This document shows, in pieces, positions 37,662 to 46,978 of a stretch of DNA of 64,000 nucleotides (the stretch's first letter is position 1; the number at the start of each line of letters is the position of its first letter). Below the pieces are notes generated by a model that was given only the letters and a program-made list of their open reading frames with translations, was not told the DNA's origin and ran no database searches. The translations under genes and the position numbers were made by a program. The DNA lies in NCBI GenBank assembly GCA_965211635.1, contig OZ242948.1, forward strand, positions 99,730-163,729, in the 5' to 3' direction. Source of the stretch: Dehalococcoidia bacterium. GTDB lineage: Bacteria; Chloroflexota; Dehalococcoidia; Bin125.

Positions 37662-38375
37662 ATGATCGGAACCGCCAGCATCCGGACCAGCCGCCTGCTC
37701 GACCTCCCCGGCGGATCGTTCATCATGGGCGCCGACGACCGCCGCAGCGACGAGCGACCGGCGCACCGGGTCACGGTTGCCGCCTGCCGTGCAGCCGAGC
37801 GGCCGGTCAGCAACGACGATTTTGCGTCCTTCGTCGAGCAAACCGACGCTCCGCCGCCGCCGTTTTGGTCCCAGGACGGATTCCGCATCCCCGGCGCCCC
37901 CGTCGTCGGCATCTCCTGGCACGATGCGGTCGCCTACTGCCAGTGGCTGTCGGCACAGACGGGCACGCGCTTCCGCTTGCCGACCGAGGCGGAACGCGAG
38001 TACGCCGCTCGCGGCGGCCTTGCGGGCGCCGACTGGCCCGAGCCCGGCGCATGCTGGCCCGACGCTGCCTCGCGCGCGTCGATTGCAGCGGCCCGGCATC
38101 CGCACGTCCCGCTCAACGCCTGCCGCAACGGATTCGGCCTCTACTGCATGGCCGACAATGTGCACGAATGGTGCTCGGACTGGTACGAACGCAGCTTCTA
38201 CTCGGTCTCTCCGCAGCACGCGCCAACGGGTCCGGCTGCAGGCATGCGCAAGTCGAGCCGCGGCGGATCCTGGCGTCACCGGATCAAGTTCACCCGCGTC
38301 AGCGCCCGCTCCAGCCTCTCGCCCAGCTACCGCTACAACGACTACGGCTTCCGTGTCTATGCGGACGCCGAATGA
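37662..38375 (+). CDS. Formylglycine-generating enzyme (FGE-sulfatase/SUMF1/EgtB-C) family protein
   Basis: …GGSFIMGADD…ERPAHRVTV…, …PVVGISWHDAVAYCQWLS…RLPTEAEREYAARGG…, …GGSWR…. Confidence 0.8.
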   Translation: MIGTASIRTSRLLDLPGGSFIMGADDRRSDERPAHRVTVAACRAAERPVSNDDFASFVEQTDAPPPPFWSQDGFRIPGAPVVGISWHDAVAYCQWLSAQTGTRFRLPTEAEREYAARGGLAGADWPEPGACWPDAASRASIAAARHPHVPLNACRNGFGLYCMADNVHEWCSDWYERSFYSVSPQHAPTGPAAGMRKSSRGGSWRHRIKFTRVSARSSLSPSYRYNDYGFRVYADAE

Positions 38376-38393
38376 CCAGTTGAGGAGGTCAAC

Positions 38394-39404
38394 ATGCCGA
38401 CCCGCACTACCGTCGTCGGGTCCTGGCCGATCCCCTTCGGTCAACGACTCGAGCTGAAGCGCTACTACGCGGGAGAACTCTCGGACGAACAAGCCGACGG
38501 CGTCCTTGGGGCTGCGGCGCGGATCGCCATGGACGAGCAGATCGCCTGTGGACTCGACCAGATCATGGGCGGCGAGGTCTTCGCGCCCGACTTCCTCCAT
38601 CACATCCCGCCCAGACTCGACGGCCTCGAGACGCTGGCCCCGCGCATCACGTCACAAGGCCAGCAGGGCGTGGGACGCTACCGGGTGATCGGCAAGGTCG
38701 CCGCGCCGCGAGGCACCGGACACGCGAAGGCCTGGCGCCGCGAGCGAGGGATCGAGCCGCGCCTGGACAAGGCCTCGGTGCCGTCGCCGCTGACGATCGG
38801 CGGAGGATTCGTCATTGACGACGACGCCAGCGAGTCTGGTCACATGAACGACCTGATCGAGGTGGTCCAGGACGAAGTCGCCGACATGGTCGCAAACGGA
38901 CTCGGCGAAATCCAACTCGACGCGCCCGGCGAAGCGGTCAACCTGGTCTCCGAGCGCGAAACCGCTGAATCGCTGCTCTCGCTGGTCAAAGAGCCACTCG
39001 AGCCGGCCGCGGGCATCACCAGGACGATCCATTTCTGCCTCGGTGATATCGCACGCAAGCCCTCGATCGAGATCCAGAATCTGCGCGCGCTGATCCCCTT
39101 CATCCAGCAGCTCGACGGGATCGTCGATCGCGTCCACGTTGAGTGCTCATACGCCGGCCAGTGGGAGGAACACGGATTGCTGGCTGAACTGCCCAACAGC
39201 ATGCAGATCATCGCCGGCATCGCCGACGTGAAATCGAAGCCCGCCCCCGTAACCGAGCTGCGTGAGAAGATCGAGCGGCTGGTTGACGTGATCCCGCCCG
39301 GGCGGCTGCTCGTCTCCAGCAGTTGCGGCCTCGGACGAGTCCCCCACGACGAAGCGATCCGGCTGATGCGCAACCTGGTCAAAGCGGCCGAGTTAGTCGG
39401 CTAG
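38394..39404 (+). CDS. Cobalamin-independent methionine synthase (MetE) C-terminal-domain-like / UROD-MetE superfamily protein
   Basis: …TTVVGSWPIP…, central …HFCLGD…, C-terminal …SSSCGLG…. These resemble the MetE catalytic half (Zn/thiol-binding). Assigned from memory of the fold. Confidence 0.55.
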   Translation: MPTRTTVVGSWPIPFGQRLELKRYYAGELSDEQADGVLGAAARIAMDEQIACGLDQIMGGEVFAPDFLHHIPPRLDGLETLAPRITSQGQQGVGRYRVIGKVAAPRGTGHAKAWRRERGIEPRLDKASVPSPLTIGGGFVIDDDASESGHMNDLIEVVQDEVADMVANGLGEIQLDAPGEAVNLVSERETAESLLSLVKEPLEPAAGITRTIHFCLGDIARKPSIEIQNLRALIPFIQQLDGIVDRVHVECSYAGQWEEHGLLAELPNSMQIIAGIADVKSKPAPVTELREKIERLVDVIPPGRLLVSSSCGLGRVPHDEAIRLMRNLVKAAELVG

Positions 39405-39420
39405 CAGTAAGGAGCGATTC

Positions 39421-40425
39421 GTGGAACTCAGATCACTCGGACGAACCGGGGTACAGGTATCGAGCCTCTGCCTGGGCTGCATGATGTTCGGCCGACGCAC
39501 CGAGCCAGAGGAGTCCTACGCCATGATCGACCGCGCCCTCGAGGCTGGAATCAACTTCCTCGACACGGCCAACGTCTACGCGCTGGGCCGCAGCGAGGAG
39601 ATCACCGGCGAGGCGCTCAAGCGCAACGGGAAGCGGCAGAGCGTCGTCCTCGCGACCAAAGTCCACGGACAGATGGACGCCGAGGACCCTAACGCGCGGG
39701 GCAACAGCCGGCGTCACATCATCGAGCAGTGCGAGGCCAGCTTGCGCCGCCTGCAGACCGACTACATCGACCTCTACCAGCTTCACCGACCGCAAGCCGA
39801 CATCCCAATCGACGAGACGCTGCGCGCGCTCGACGACCTGGTTCGCGACGGCAAGGTGCGCTACATCGGCACCAGCAACTTCGGCGGCTGGGAGCTGGTC
39901 GAATCGCTCTGGGTGGCGAAGGAGCTGGGACTCAACCGCGTCGTCTGCGAGCAGCCCGCCTACAACCTGCTCGACCGTCGGGTCGAGAGCGAACTGCTGC
40001 CCGCCGCCCGCACCTTCGGTATCGCCGTGATCCCCTGGGGTCCGCTCGGCGGCGGCCTGCTCAGCGGTCGCTTCCAGCGAGGCGAGCCATTGCCCGCCGA
40101 TAGTCGCTATGCATTGACGCCGCAGGCGCAGAATCGGCTCACCGACGGCGTCTTCGACGTGATCGAAGCGCTCACGCCGATTGCTCAGGAGAAGGGCTGC
40201 AGCCTCTCGCAGCTTGCCCTCGCCTGGTGCGAGCAGCAGCCCGGCGTGACTAGCCCGATTATCGGCCCGAGAACGATGGAGCAACTCGAAGACAACCTCG
40301 GCTCAGCCGACGTCGTCATCACCGACGAAGACCGCGAGCGCATCGACGCGGTCAATCCACCCGGCTGGACGGTCACGCCCTACTACGAACTCTTCCGGCG
40401 GCCGCACGAGTATCGGATCCTGTAG
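39421..40425 (+). CDS. Aldo/keto reductase
   Basis: …LGRTGVQVSSLCLGCMMFG…, …IDLYQLHRP…, …IGTSNF…. Confidence 0.9.
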   Translation: MELRSLGRTGVQVSSLCLGCMMFGRRTEPEESYAMIDRALEAGINFLDTANVYALGRSEEITGEALKRNGKRQSVVLATKVHGQMDAEDPNARGNSRRHIIEQCEASLRRLQTDYIDLYQLHRPQADIPIDETLRALDDLVRDGKVRYIGTSNFGGWELVESLWVAKELGLNRVVCEQPAYNLLDRRVESELLPAARTFGIAVIPWGPLGGGLLSGRFQRGEPLPADSRYALTPQAQNRLTDGVFDVIEALTPIAQEKGCSLSQLALAWCEQQPGVTSPIIGPRTMEQLEDNLGSADVVITDEDRERIDAVNPPGWTVTPYYELFRRPHEYRIL

Positions 40426-40433
40426 CCGCGGCT

Positions 40434-41219
40434 CTAGTAGTGGATCCCCCTGCCGACCCCGCCGCCCGCGGCGATAGTGTCGCCGGTGATCGCAATCGAC
40501 TTCGGCGAGGCCAGGAACGCCACGATGTTGGCGATGTCGTCCGAGTCGATGATCGTCCGCACCGAGTTGCCCGACGCCATTCGCGCCTCGGCCTCCTCCA
40601 GCGAGATCGCGTTCGACTCAGCAATCTGAGCGATCCGATCCGGCGTCGCCTCGGTTCGGGTCAGACCAGGATGCACCACCGTCACGTTGATCCCGTCCGG
40701 ACCCAGCTCGTCGGCCAGGTTCTTGGTCATCGCCGCCACCGAGACGTTGCGGATTGAGCCGACCGTGTTGCCGCTGCCTCGTGCTGCCAGGCCCGAGACA
40801 TTGACAATCCGCCCCCAGCCGTGTTCCTGCATGTAGGGCGCAGCAGCGCGAGAGCAGCGCAAGTAGCCGAGCACTTTGACCTGCAGGTCGGCGAGCGCAT
40901 GATCGGCGGTCAGGTCGGCCAGCTTCATCGGGCCGTGCACGCTGCCCGGCGAGGCGGCGTTGTTGACCAGGATGTCCAGCCCGCCCAGCGCCGCGGCCGC
41001 GCCCGTGACCATCGCCTCCACCGAGTCGTCGTCCGCCGCGTCGTAGGCGAACCAGGCAGTAGTCCCCAACTCGTCCGCCGCCTGCGCCAGCCGCTCCGGA
41101 TCGCGCGCCGAGATTGCCACCTCGCAGCCCTCCTCGATCAGCACCCGCGCAATCGCCTTGCCAATGCCGCGGCTGCCTCCGGTCACAAGGGCGCGTTTGC
41201 CCTGGAGTTGCAGGTCCAT
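40434..41219 (-). CDS. SDR family oxidoreductase
   Basis: …ALVTGGSRGIGKAIA…NNAA…. Confidence 0.85.
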   Translation of the reverse strand: MDLQLQGKRALVTGGSRGIGKAIARVLIEEGCEVAISARDPERLAQAADELGTTAWFAYDAADDDSVEAMVTGAAAALGGLDILVNNAASPGSVHGPMKLADLTADHALADLQVKVLGYLRCSRAAAPYMQEHGWGRIVNVSGLAARGSGNTVGSIRNVSVAAMTKNLADELGPDGINVTVVHPGLTRTEATPDRIAQIAESNAISLEEAEARMASGNSVRTIIDSDDIANIVAFLASPKSIAITGDTIAAGGGVGRGIHY

Positions 41220-41220
41220 C

Positions 41221-41886
41221 TCAGGCTCCGTTCAATCTCGAACCGGGAACGACGCGCTCGTGCGGCGCTTTCAGAAACTCTTCGACTGGAATGTCGTGAC
41301 CGTCGAGCGACGCCTCGACCACATGCCCGTACTCAATCACAACCTGCTGCGGACGGGTCGGATTGCGATGCCCTTCGCTCGGCCCCAGCGCGACGATCTC
41401 CGCCTCCAGCCGGTGCGGCGTCACCGTCAGCACGCCGATCCCGCCCAGCCGCGTCGACAGGTGATGCGGCAGCGACGGGCTGCCCGGATTGATCAGCAGC
41501 ACGTCGTCGCGGTATTCCAGCCGCTCGACGTGGGTGTCGCCGCCGATCAAGACATCGACCCACTCGTCGTCCAGCGACGAGGCGAGAATTTCGCCGATCG
41601 GCCGCGACTCCGGCCGCAGTTCGTGGGCTAGCCCGATGCGGAAGCCCTCGACATCGAGAAACTGGTGCTCGGCCAGGCGCGGGTCGTCGAAGATGTCGTT
41701 GTTGCCCCGCACGGCGAGCACCGGCGCGAACTGCTCGCACCAGTCGAGCACCGCCGGCACGGTGATGTCGCCGCCGTGCAGGATCAGGTCCACGCCAGCC
41801 AGCGCCTCTCCGGTCTCCGGTCCCAGCTCGTCCATGGAATGCAGCAACTGAGGCAGGTGGGTGTCCGAGATCAGGCCGATGCGCAT
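41221..41886 (-). CDS. Metallophosphoesterase (YfcE/MJ0936-like)
   Basis: MRIGLISDTHL…LHGGDI…GNND…. Confidence 0.85.
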   Translation of the reverse strand: MRIGLISDTHLPQLLHSMDELGPETGEALAGVDLILHGGDITVPAVLDWCEQFAPVLAVRGNNDIFDDPRLAEHQFLDVEGFRIGLAHELRPESRPIGEILASSLDDEWVDVLIGGDTHVERLEYRDDVLLINPGSPSLPHHLSTRLGGIGVLTVTPHRLEAEIVALGPSEGHRNPTRPQQVVIEYGHVVEASLDGHDIPVEEFLKAPHERVVPGSRLNGA

Positions 41887-41986
41887 GCAGGCAGGCTACG
41901 CCTGAGGCGAGATCGGCGCTAGCCTGATCGAGCTTGCGTCCATACGATTTCTCGCTTGCGTCTCGATGACGAAGAAAGGCTGTGAG

Positions 41987-43171
41987 ATGGCACAGGAACG
42001 ACTTGCGGCGATCGCCGGCATTCACGAGTACCCACTGCGGGTCGCGCCCGGCGTCTCCTCGATGCAGATCAAGGCTGAATCGATGAAGCGTGCGCTCGAC
42101 GACGCCGGTCTCGACTGGGGCGACGTCGACGGGCTTTACGACGCGCTCGACGGCGAAGGCGGCGGCGGACTCGGTCTGGCCGCCTACCTGGGGATCAAGC
42201 CGCGGCTGCTCGACACGACCCAGGTCGGCGGTTCCTCATACGAGTTTCACGCCTCGCACGCTTTGCGCGACATCGCGGCCGGGCGCTGCAACGTCGCCGT
42301 GACCACCTACGGCTCGACCGCCGCCTCGATGCGCGTGCCGATCGGCACCGGCGGCATGGGTCGCGGCGGCGCCTCCTGGCAGCAGAACATGGAAGCGCCC
42401 TACGGCTCAACTCTGATCAGCAACTACGCGATGGTCGCCCACCGGCACATGCACGAATACGGGACTACCACCGAGCAACTCGCCCAGATCTCGGTCGCCA
42501 CGCGCAAGCACGCGATGCGCAATCCCGACGCCGTCAAGGCGATGACCGACCTGCAGTTCGTCAAGGTCGACGAAATCTCGGTCGAGGATGTGATCGAGTC
42601 GCGGATCATTGCCGATCCGCTGCACCTGCTCGAGTGCTGCATGATCTCCGACGGCGGCGGCGCGGCGGTGTTCGTCTCGCCCGAGATCGCGCGCGACATC
42701 AAGAAGAAGCCGGTCTGGATCATCGGCGCCGGCGAGGCGACCAAGTACCGCGAGAACGGCGGCGACATCACCACCTCGGCCGGCGCGCAGTCAGCGCCCG
42801 CCGCCTTCGGTCAAGCCGGCGTCACACCGGACGAGATCGACATCGCCATGATCTACGACTCGTTCAGCATCACCGTCGCGGTCATGCTCGAAGACCTCGG
42901 CTTCTGCGCCAAGGGCGATGTCGGGCAGTTCATCGAAGACGGACATCTCGCCTTCGACCAGCCCGGCCTGACGCTCAACACCGACGGCGGCGGACTCTCC
43001 TCCAACCACCCGGGCATGCGTGGACTGTTCCTGCTGCTCGAATCCGTCCGCCAGCTTCGCGGTGAATCGACCAGTCAGGTCGACGGCGCATCACTCGCCG
43101 TCGCACATGGCAACGGAGGCCTGCTCGGCGGCACCCACACCGGCGGCACCGTCATCCTCGCCGCCGACTAG
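41987..43171 (+). CDS. SCP-x-type thiolase-like protein
   Basis: Thiolase fold without a classic CoA-thiolase signature. Commonly paired with a DUF35 protein. Start taken at MAQERL (ORF from 41966). Confidence 0.75.
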   Translation: MAQERLAAIAGIHEYPLRVAPGVSSMQIKAESMKRALDDAGLDWGDVDGLYDALDGEGGGGLGLAAYLGIKPRLLDTTQVGGSSYEFHASHALRDIAAGRCNVAVTTYGSTAASMRVPIGTGGMGRGGASWQQNMEAPYGSTLISNYAMVAHRHMHEYGTTTEQLAQISVATRKHAMRNPDAVKAMTDLQFVKVDEISVEDVIESRIIADPLHLLECCMISDGGGAAVFVSPEIARDIKKKPVWIIGAGEATKYRENGGDITTSAGAQSAPAAFGQAGVTPDEIDIAMIYDSFSITVAVMLEDLGFCAKGDVGQFIEDGHLAFDQPGLTLNTDGGGLSSNHPGMRGLFLLLESVRQLRGESTSQVDGASLAVAHGNGGLLGGTHTGGTVILAAD

Positions 43172-43311
43172 AAATCAACCGTCATTGCCGAGCTTGCCTC
43201 GGCAATCTCGCCGCATCGGGATCCAGCGGGTGAGTCACCTGAGCCGAACGCGACGAGATACCCCAGGCAAGCTGGGGTATGACGACCAGGACTGAGAAAG
43301 GCATCACGAAC

Positions 43312-43725
43312 ATGGCCAACCGACCACAACCCAGCTTCCCAGAGCCGGACACCCAGCACTTCTGGGACGGCTGCAAAGAGGGCGAGCTGCGCTACCAGAC
43401 CGACCCCGACGGCAACGTCGTCTTCTACCCGCGCGGACACTCGACTGTCACCGGCGACCGTGAGCTGAGCTGGAACGTCTCCTCGGGACTCGGCACCGTT
43501 TACACCTACTCGGTCGTCCGACAGAACCGCATGCCCGGATTCCAGGAGCTCGGCGCATACGCCGTCGCCTACATCGACCTCGACGAAGGCTTCCGCATGA
43601 TGAGCACCATCGTCGGCGTCGATGACCCGACCAAAGACATCCACATCGGCCAGCGCGTCCGGGTCGAGTTCGAAGAACAGTCCGGCGAGGACTCCTACCC
43701 GATCCCCGTCTTCAGGCCGGTCTGA
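43312..43725 (+). CDS. Zn-ribbon/OB-fold protein (DUF35), partner of SCP-x thiolase
   Basis: …FWDGCKEGELRYQTDPDGNVVFYPR…, …YSVV…YAVAYIDLDEG…. Start taken at MANRP (ORF from 43279). Confidence 0.7.
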   Translation: MANRPQPSFPEPDTQHFWDGCKEGELRYQTDPDGNVVFYPRGHSTVTGDRELSWNVSSGLGTVYTYSVVRQNRMPGFQELGAYAVAYIDLDEGFRMMSTIVGVDDPTKDIHIGQRVRVEFEEQSGEDSYPIPVFRPV

Positions 43726-43813
43726 TACCGAAGTGTTATCAAGTACACACGTTCTTGACTTGGCACCGAGAGGCTGTGTCTCCCAGGCAGGCTGAGCCGA
43801 TAGGCTCACAGGG

Positions 43814-44887
43814 ATGTCTCAACAACAGCCGACGCTCGCCGCACGCTGGAACGCCGATATCGTCGCTGTCGCCCCGCAGCACTCGCGCGATCGCAGACTG
43901 GCCATCGAGGCCTACGGACTGGTCAAGCACTTCGGCGAGATCCACGCCGTCAACGGTGTCGATCTTCGAGTCCGTCCTGGACAGGTCTTCGGCTTCCTCG
44001 GACAGAACGGCAGCGGCAAGACCACCACCGTCCGCATGTTGACTACACTGCTGCGACCGACCCAGGGATCCGCCCGAGTCGCCGGACACGACGTCCTGAC
44101 CCAGGACCGCGCGGTCCGCCGAGCGATCGGCGTTGCCTTACAGGAAGCCGGACTCGACATTCTCCAGACCGGGCGCGAGTTGCTGCGCCTGCAGTCGAGG
44201 CTCTACAACGTCGCCCGCGGCGAGATCGAGGACCGCGTCGCCCACCTGCTCGACGTCGTCGACCTGAGCGAAGATGCCGACCGGCGCATCGGCGACTACT
44301 CGGGCGGCATGCAGCGACGCCTCGACCTTGCCTCCGCGCTCGTGCACTCTCCCTCGATCATCTTCCTCGACGAACCCACCACGGGCCTCGATCCTGTCTC
44401 TCGGCAAAATCTCTGGGAGTACATCCAGCGGCTCAACCGCGAGGATGGCGTCACCTTCTTCCTCACCACGCAGTATCTCGAGGAGGCCGATCAACTCTGC
44501 GACGAGATCGCCATCCTCGACGCCGGCGAGATCGTCCAGCAGGGCACGCCCGACGGACTCAAGGCGACCGTCTCCGCCGACGTGATCTATGTCCAGGTCG
44601 AGGGCGACGAGCACGCCCAGCAGCGAGCCGTCGGCGCGCTGCTGCCGCTGCCCAACGTCGAGGACGCCAACTGGGACTTCAACGAGGGCATCGCCGTCTA
44701 CACCAGGAGCGGCCACGACACCCTGCCGCTCGTCGTGCGCAAACTCGACGACGAGCAGCTTCCGTTCAGCAATCTGCGACTCGCACGGGCCACGCTGGAC
44801 GACGTGTTCTTCAAGGCCACCGGTCACCGCATCGAGCCCGGGGAGCAAGCTGCGCAGCCGTCCACGGCCGGCTCGGGAGGCGACTAG
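43814..44887 (+). CDS. ABC transporter ATP-binding protein (DrrA-like)
   Basis: …GFLGQNGSGKTTT…, …YSGGMQRRLDLA…, …IIFLDEPTTGLD…. Confidence 0.9.
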   Translation: MSQQQPTLAARWNADIVAVAPQHSRDRRLAIEAYGLVKHFGEIHAVNGVDLRVRPGQVFGFLGQNGSGKTTTVRMLTTLLRPTQGSARVAGHDVLTQDRAVRRAIGVALQEAGLDILQTGRELLRLQSRLYNVARGEIEDRVAHLLDVVDLSEDADRRIGDYSGGMQRRLDLASALVHSPSIIFLDEPTTGLDPVSRQNLWEYIQRLNREDGVTFFLTTQYLEEADQLCDEIAILDAGEIVQQGTPDGLKATVSADVIYVQVEGDEHAQQRAVGALLPLPNVEDANWDFNEGIAVYTRSGHDTLPLVVRKLDDEQLPFSNLRLARATLDDVFFKATGHRIEPGEQAAQPSTAGSGGD

Positions 44888-45774
44888 TGAGCGCGGCGCA
44901 GGTTCAGAGCCCCTACGTGTCGGCCTCGCAGGAGACGGGGCCGATCGCAGTATTGCTCCATGCCCGCTATCTGGCCGCAAGAGCAATTCGCGAGTCCCTG
45001 CGTCAGCCCGGCGTCGAGATCACCAACGTCTTCATCCCGCTCTTCTTCCTCGCCGTCTCGACCGGGGCGATCGCCAACTTCTCCGAGCGCGGCTTCGGCG
45101 TCAACAACTACCTCGCCTTCCAGCTCCCCGTCGCCGTGTTGCAGGCGGTGGCCGGCTCTTCCGCCGCCTCCGGCATCGCAATCGTGCTCGACATGGAGCG
45201 CGGCTACTTCGACAAGCTCTTGCTCACACCAGCCTCGCGCTGGGCGATCATCATCGGCCGAGTCTGGGCCGACGCAGTGCGCGCCATCTTCTTCGCCACG
45301 ATCATGCTGATCGCGGCGCTCGCAGCCGGTTCCGGCATGGCAACAGGCGTGGGCGGCGCGCTGCTGATCCTGATCATCGCCGGACTCTTCGGCGGCGCCT
45401 ACAGCGGGATTGGCATCTTCATCGCCATGCGCACTGGTAATGCGCAGGCCGCCCAGGCCGGATTCCTGCTCTTCTTCCCGCTGCTCTTCATGGCGCCCGC
45501 CTTCGCCCCGCTGGCCGTCTTCGACGACTGGCTGCGCTGGATCGCGACTGTCAACCCGGTCACTTACATCATGGAAGGCATGCGAGGCCTGGTGATGGAG
45601 GGCTACGCCTGGCCCGTTACCGAGGGAGGCCAGATCGTCTTCGGCCCCGATGGGCTGCCGATGACGAAGGACCCGCCCGGTCTGCACTGGGCCTTCGTCT
45701 CCCTGGCCGGCTTCAGCGTCTTCACCCTCACCATCGCCGCCCTCGCCCTCCGCTCCCGAACCCGCGCCGACTAG
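44887..45774 (+). CDS. ABC-2 family transporter permease
   Basis: Six hydrophobic segments. Start overlaps the ATPase stop. Confidence 0.85.
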   Translation: MSAAQVQSPYVSASQETGPIAVLLHARYLAARAIRESLRQPGVEITNVFIPLFFLAVSTGAIANFSERGFGVNNYLAFQLPVAVLQAVAGSSAASGIAIVLDMERGYFDKLLLTPASRWAIIIGRVWADAVRAIFFATIMLIAALAAGSGMATGVGGALLILIIAGLFGGAYSGIGIFIAMRTGNAQAAQAGFLLFFPLLFMAPAFAPLAVFDDWLRWIATVNPVTYIMEGMRGLVMEGYAWPVTEGGQIVFGPDGLPMTKDPPGLHWAFVSLAGFSVFTLTIAALALRSRTRAD

Positions 45775-45810
45775 CTTTCCAGTCCCTGCTTCCCGCAGAG
45801 TTCTGTTCCC

Positions 45811-45859
45811 CTCTCCCCCCGCGAAGCGGGGGGAGATGCCGAAGGCAGAGGGGGGCTCC
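45811..45859 (+). repeat. REP/RPE-like repeat, copy 8 (canonical core)
   Basis: ctctccccccgcgaagcggggggagatgccgaaggcagaggggggctcc. Confidence 0.85.
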
Positions 45860-45928
45860 CCGCCCAACTTCACAGCGTCGGTTACCGTTGCCATCGAATC
45901 GCATTGAAGAGTTAGTGAAAGCGTCGTC

Positions 45929-46693
45929 ATGCCCAGACCCCGAGTTCTGCAATGGATCCCAATCGCGCTCGTCGCTGTAATCGCCGTCCTGATCGGCACG
46001 GTTGTGCTGACCACCGCCGACGACTCAGACGACTCCGCTCAGGACGTCCGCATCCTCGCCCGGCAGACCGGCGACGGTCGTGCCGAGGTCGCGCTCCAGG
46101 TCCGCGCCGATGATCACACCTGGGGCGAGCGCGTCCTCCCTGAGCAACGATTCCTCGCGCCGGATTCCGAAGCGGGACTCTGGCGGGCGAGCTCGATCAT
46201 CACGGTGGAAGCCGAGGATGACTCGGATGGCGTCGATCCAGCCGCCTTCGGCCTGACCGCAACCGCCGAAATGCGCGGACCCGACGGCGAGCCGATGGGA
46301 GCCGTCACCATCATCCAGGCTCCACGCGGACTCCTGATCCAGGCGCGCCTGACCGCTGTACCTGAAGGCTGGCATGGGTTCCACATCCACGAAACGGGAT
46401 CCTGCGAGCCCGACTTCTCGGCCGCCGGCGGACATTACAACCCGACCGGCATCGGTCACGGCATTCTGCACGAGGCTGGACATCACCCAGGCGACACAGT
46501 CAACATCTACGCGCACGCCGACGGCACGGCCAACGCCGACCAGTACACGGTTGAAGCCACGCTCGGCGCAGGTGCGGCTACCCTGTTCGATGCCGACGGC
46601 TCCGCCATCATCGTGCACGAAGGCCCGGACAGCTACGGCGCCGAGCCCGGCGCCGGCGGTCGCGTCGCCTGCGGCGTCATCACCCTCAACTGA
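45929..46693 (+). CDS. sodC: Membrane-anchored Cu/Zn superoxide dismutase
   Basis: N-terminal TM. …HGFHIHETGSC…AGGHYNP…GDTVNI…IVHEGPD…GGRVACGVI…. Confidence 0.85.
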   Translation: MPRPRVLQWIPIALVAVIAVLIGTVVLTTADDSDDSAQDVRILARQTGDGRAEVALQVRADDHTWGERVLPEQRFLAPDSEAGLWRASSIITVEAEDDSDGVDPAAFGLTATAEMRGPDGEPMGAVTIIQAPRGLLIQARLTAVPEGWHGFHIHETGSCEPDFSAAGGHYNPTGIGHGILHEAGHHPGDTVNIYAHADGTANADQYTVEATLGAGAATLFDADGSAIIVHEGPDSYGAEPGAGGRVACGVITLN

Positions 46694-46725
46694 CCCGCAA
46701 GCGCCCACTTCCCCTCCCTTCGGTT

Positions 46726-46873
46726 CCCTCTCCCTGAGGAGAGTTGCGCGTAAACCAACCTAAGTCGGCCCCGCGCAGGCGGGGCCCCGCGATGCCTATC
46801 TGGTCACGACGCCCCCGCCTGCGCGGGGGCGACTTCATGGAGGGATTGCGCGCAGGTCTCCTGAGGGAGAGGG
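46726..46873. repeat. Palindromic composite element (two REP-like half-units in inverted orientation)
   Basis: Arms: ccctctccctgaggagagttgcgcg (46726-46750) and cgcgcaggtctcctgagggagaggg (46849-46873). Internal hairpins: ggccccGCGCAGGCggggcc (46767-46786) and cgcccccGCCTGCGCgggggcg (46810-46831), whose loops are mutual reverse complements. Confidence 0.7.
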
Positions 46874-46978
46874 TTGGGGTGACGGCCCCTCCCCTGTCCT
46901 GACCAGTTGCCCGACAATCCCCCACTCGATAGCCTCAGAATGCATCCGACCATTGAAGCATCCCAAGAGGAGCACCGA

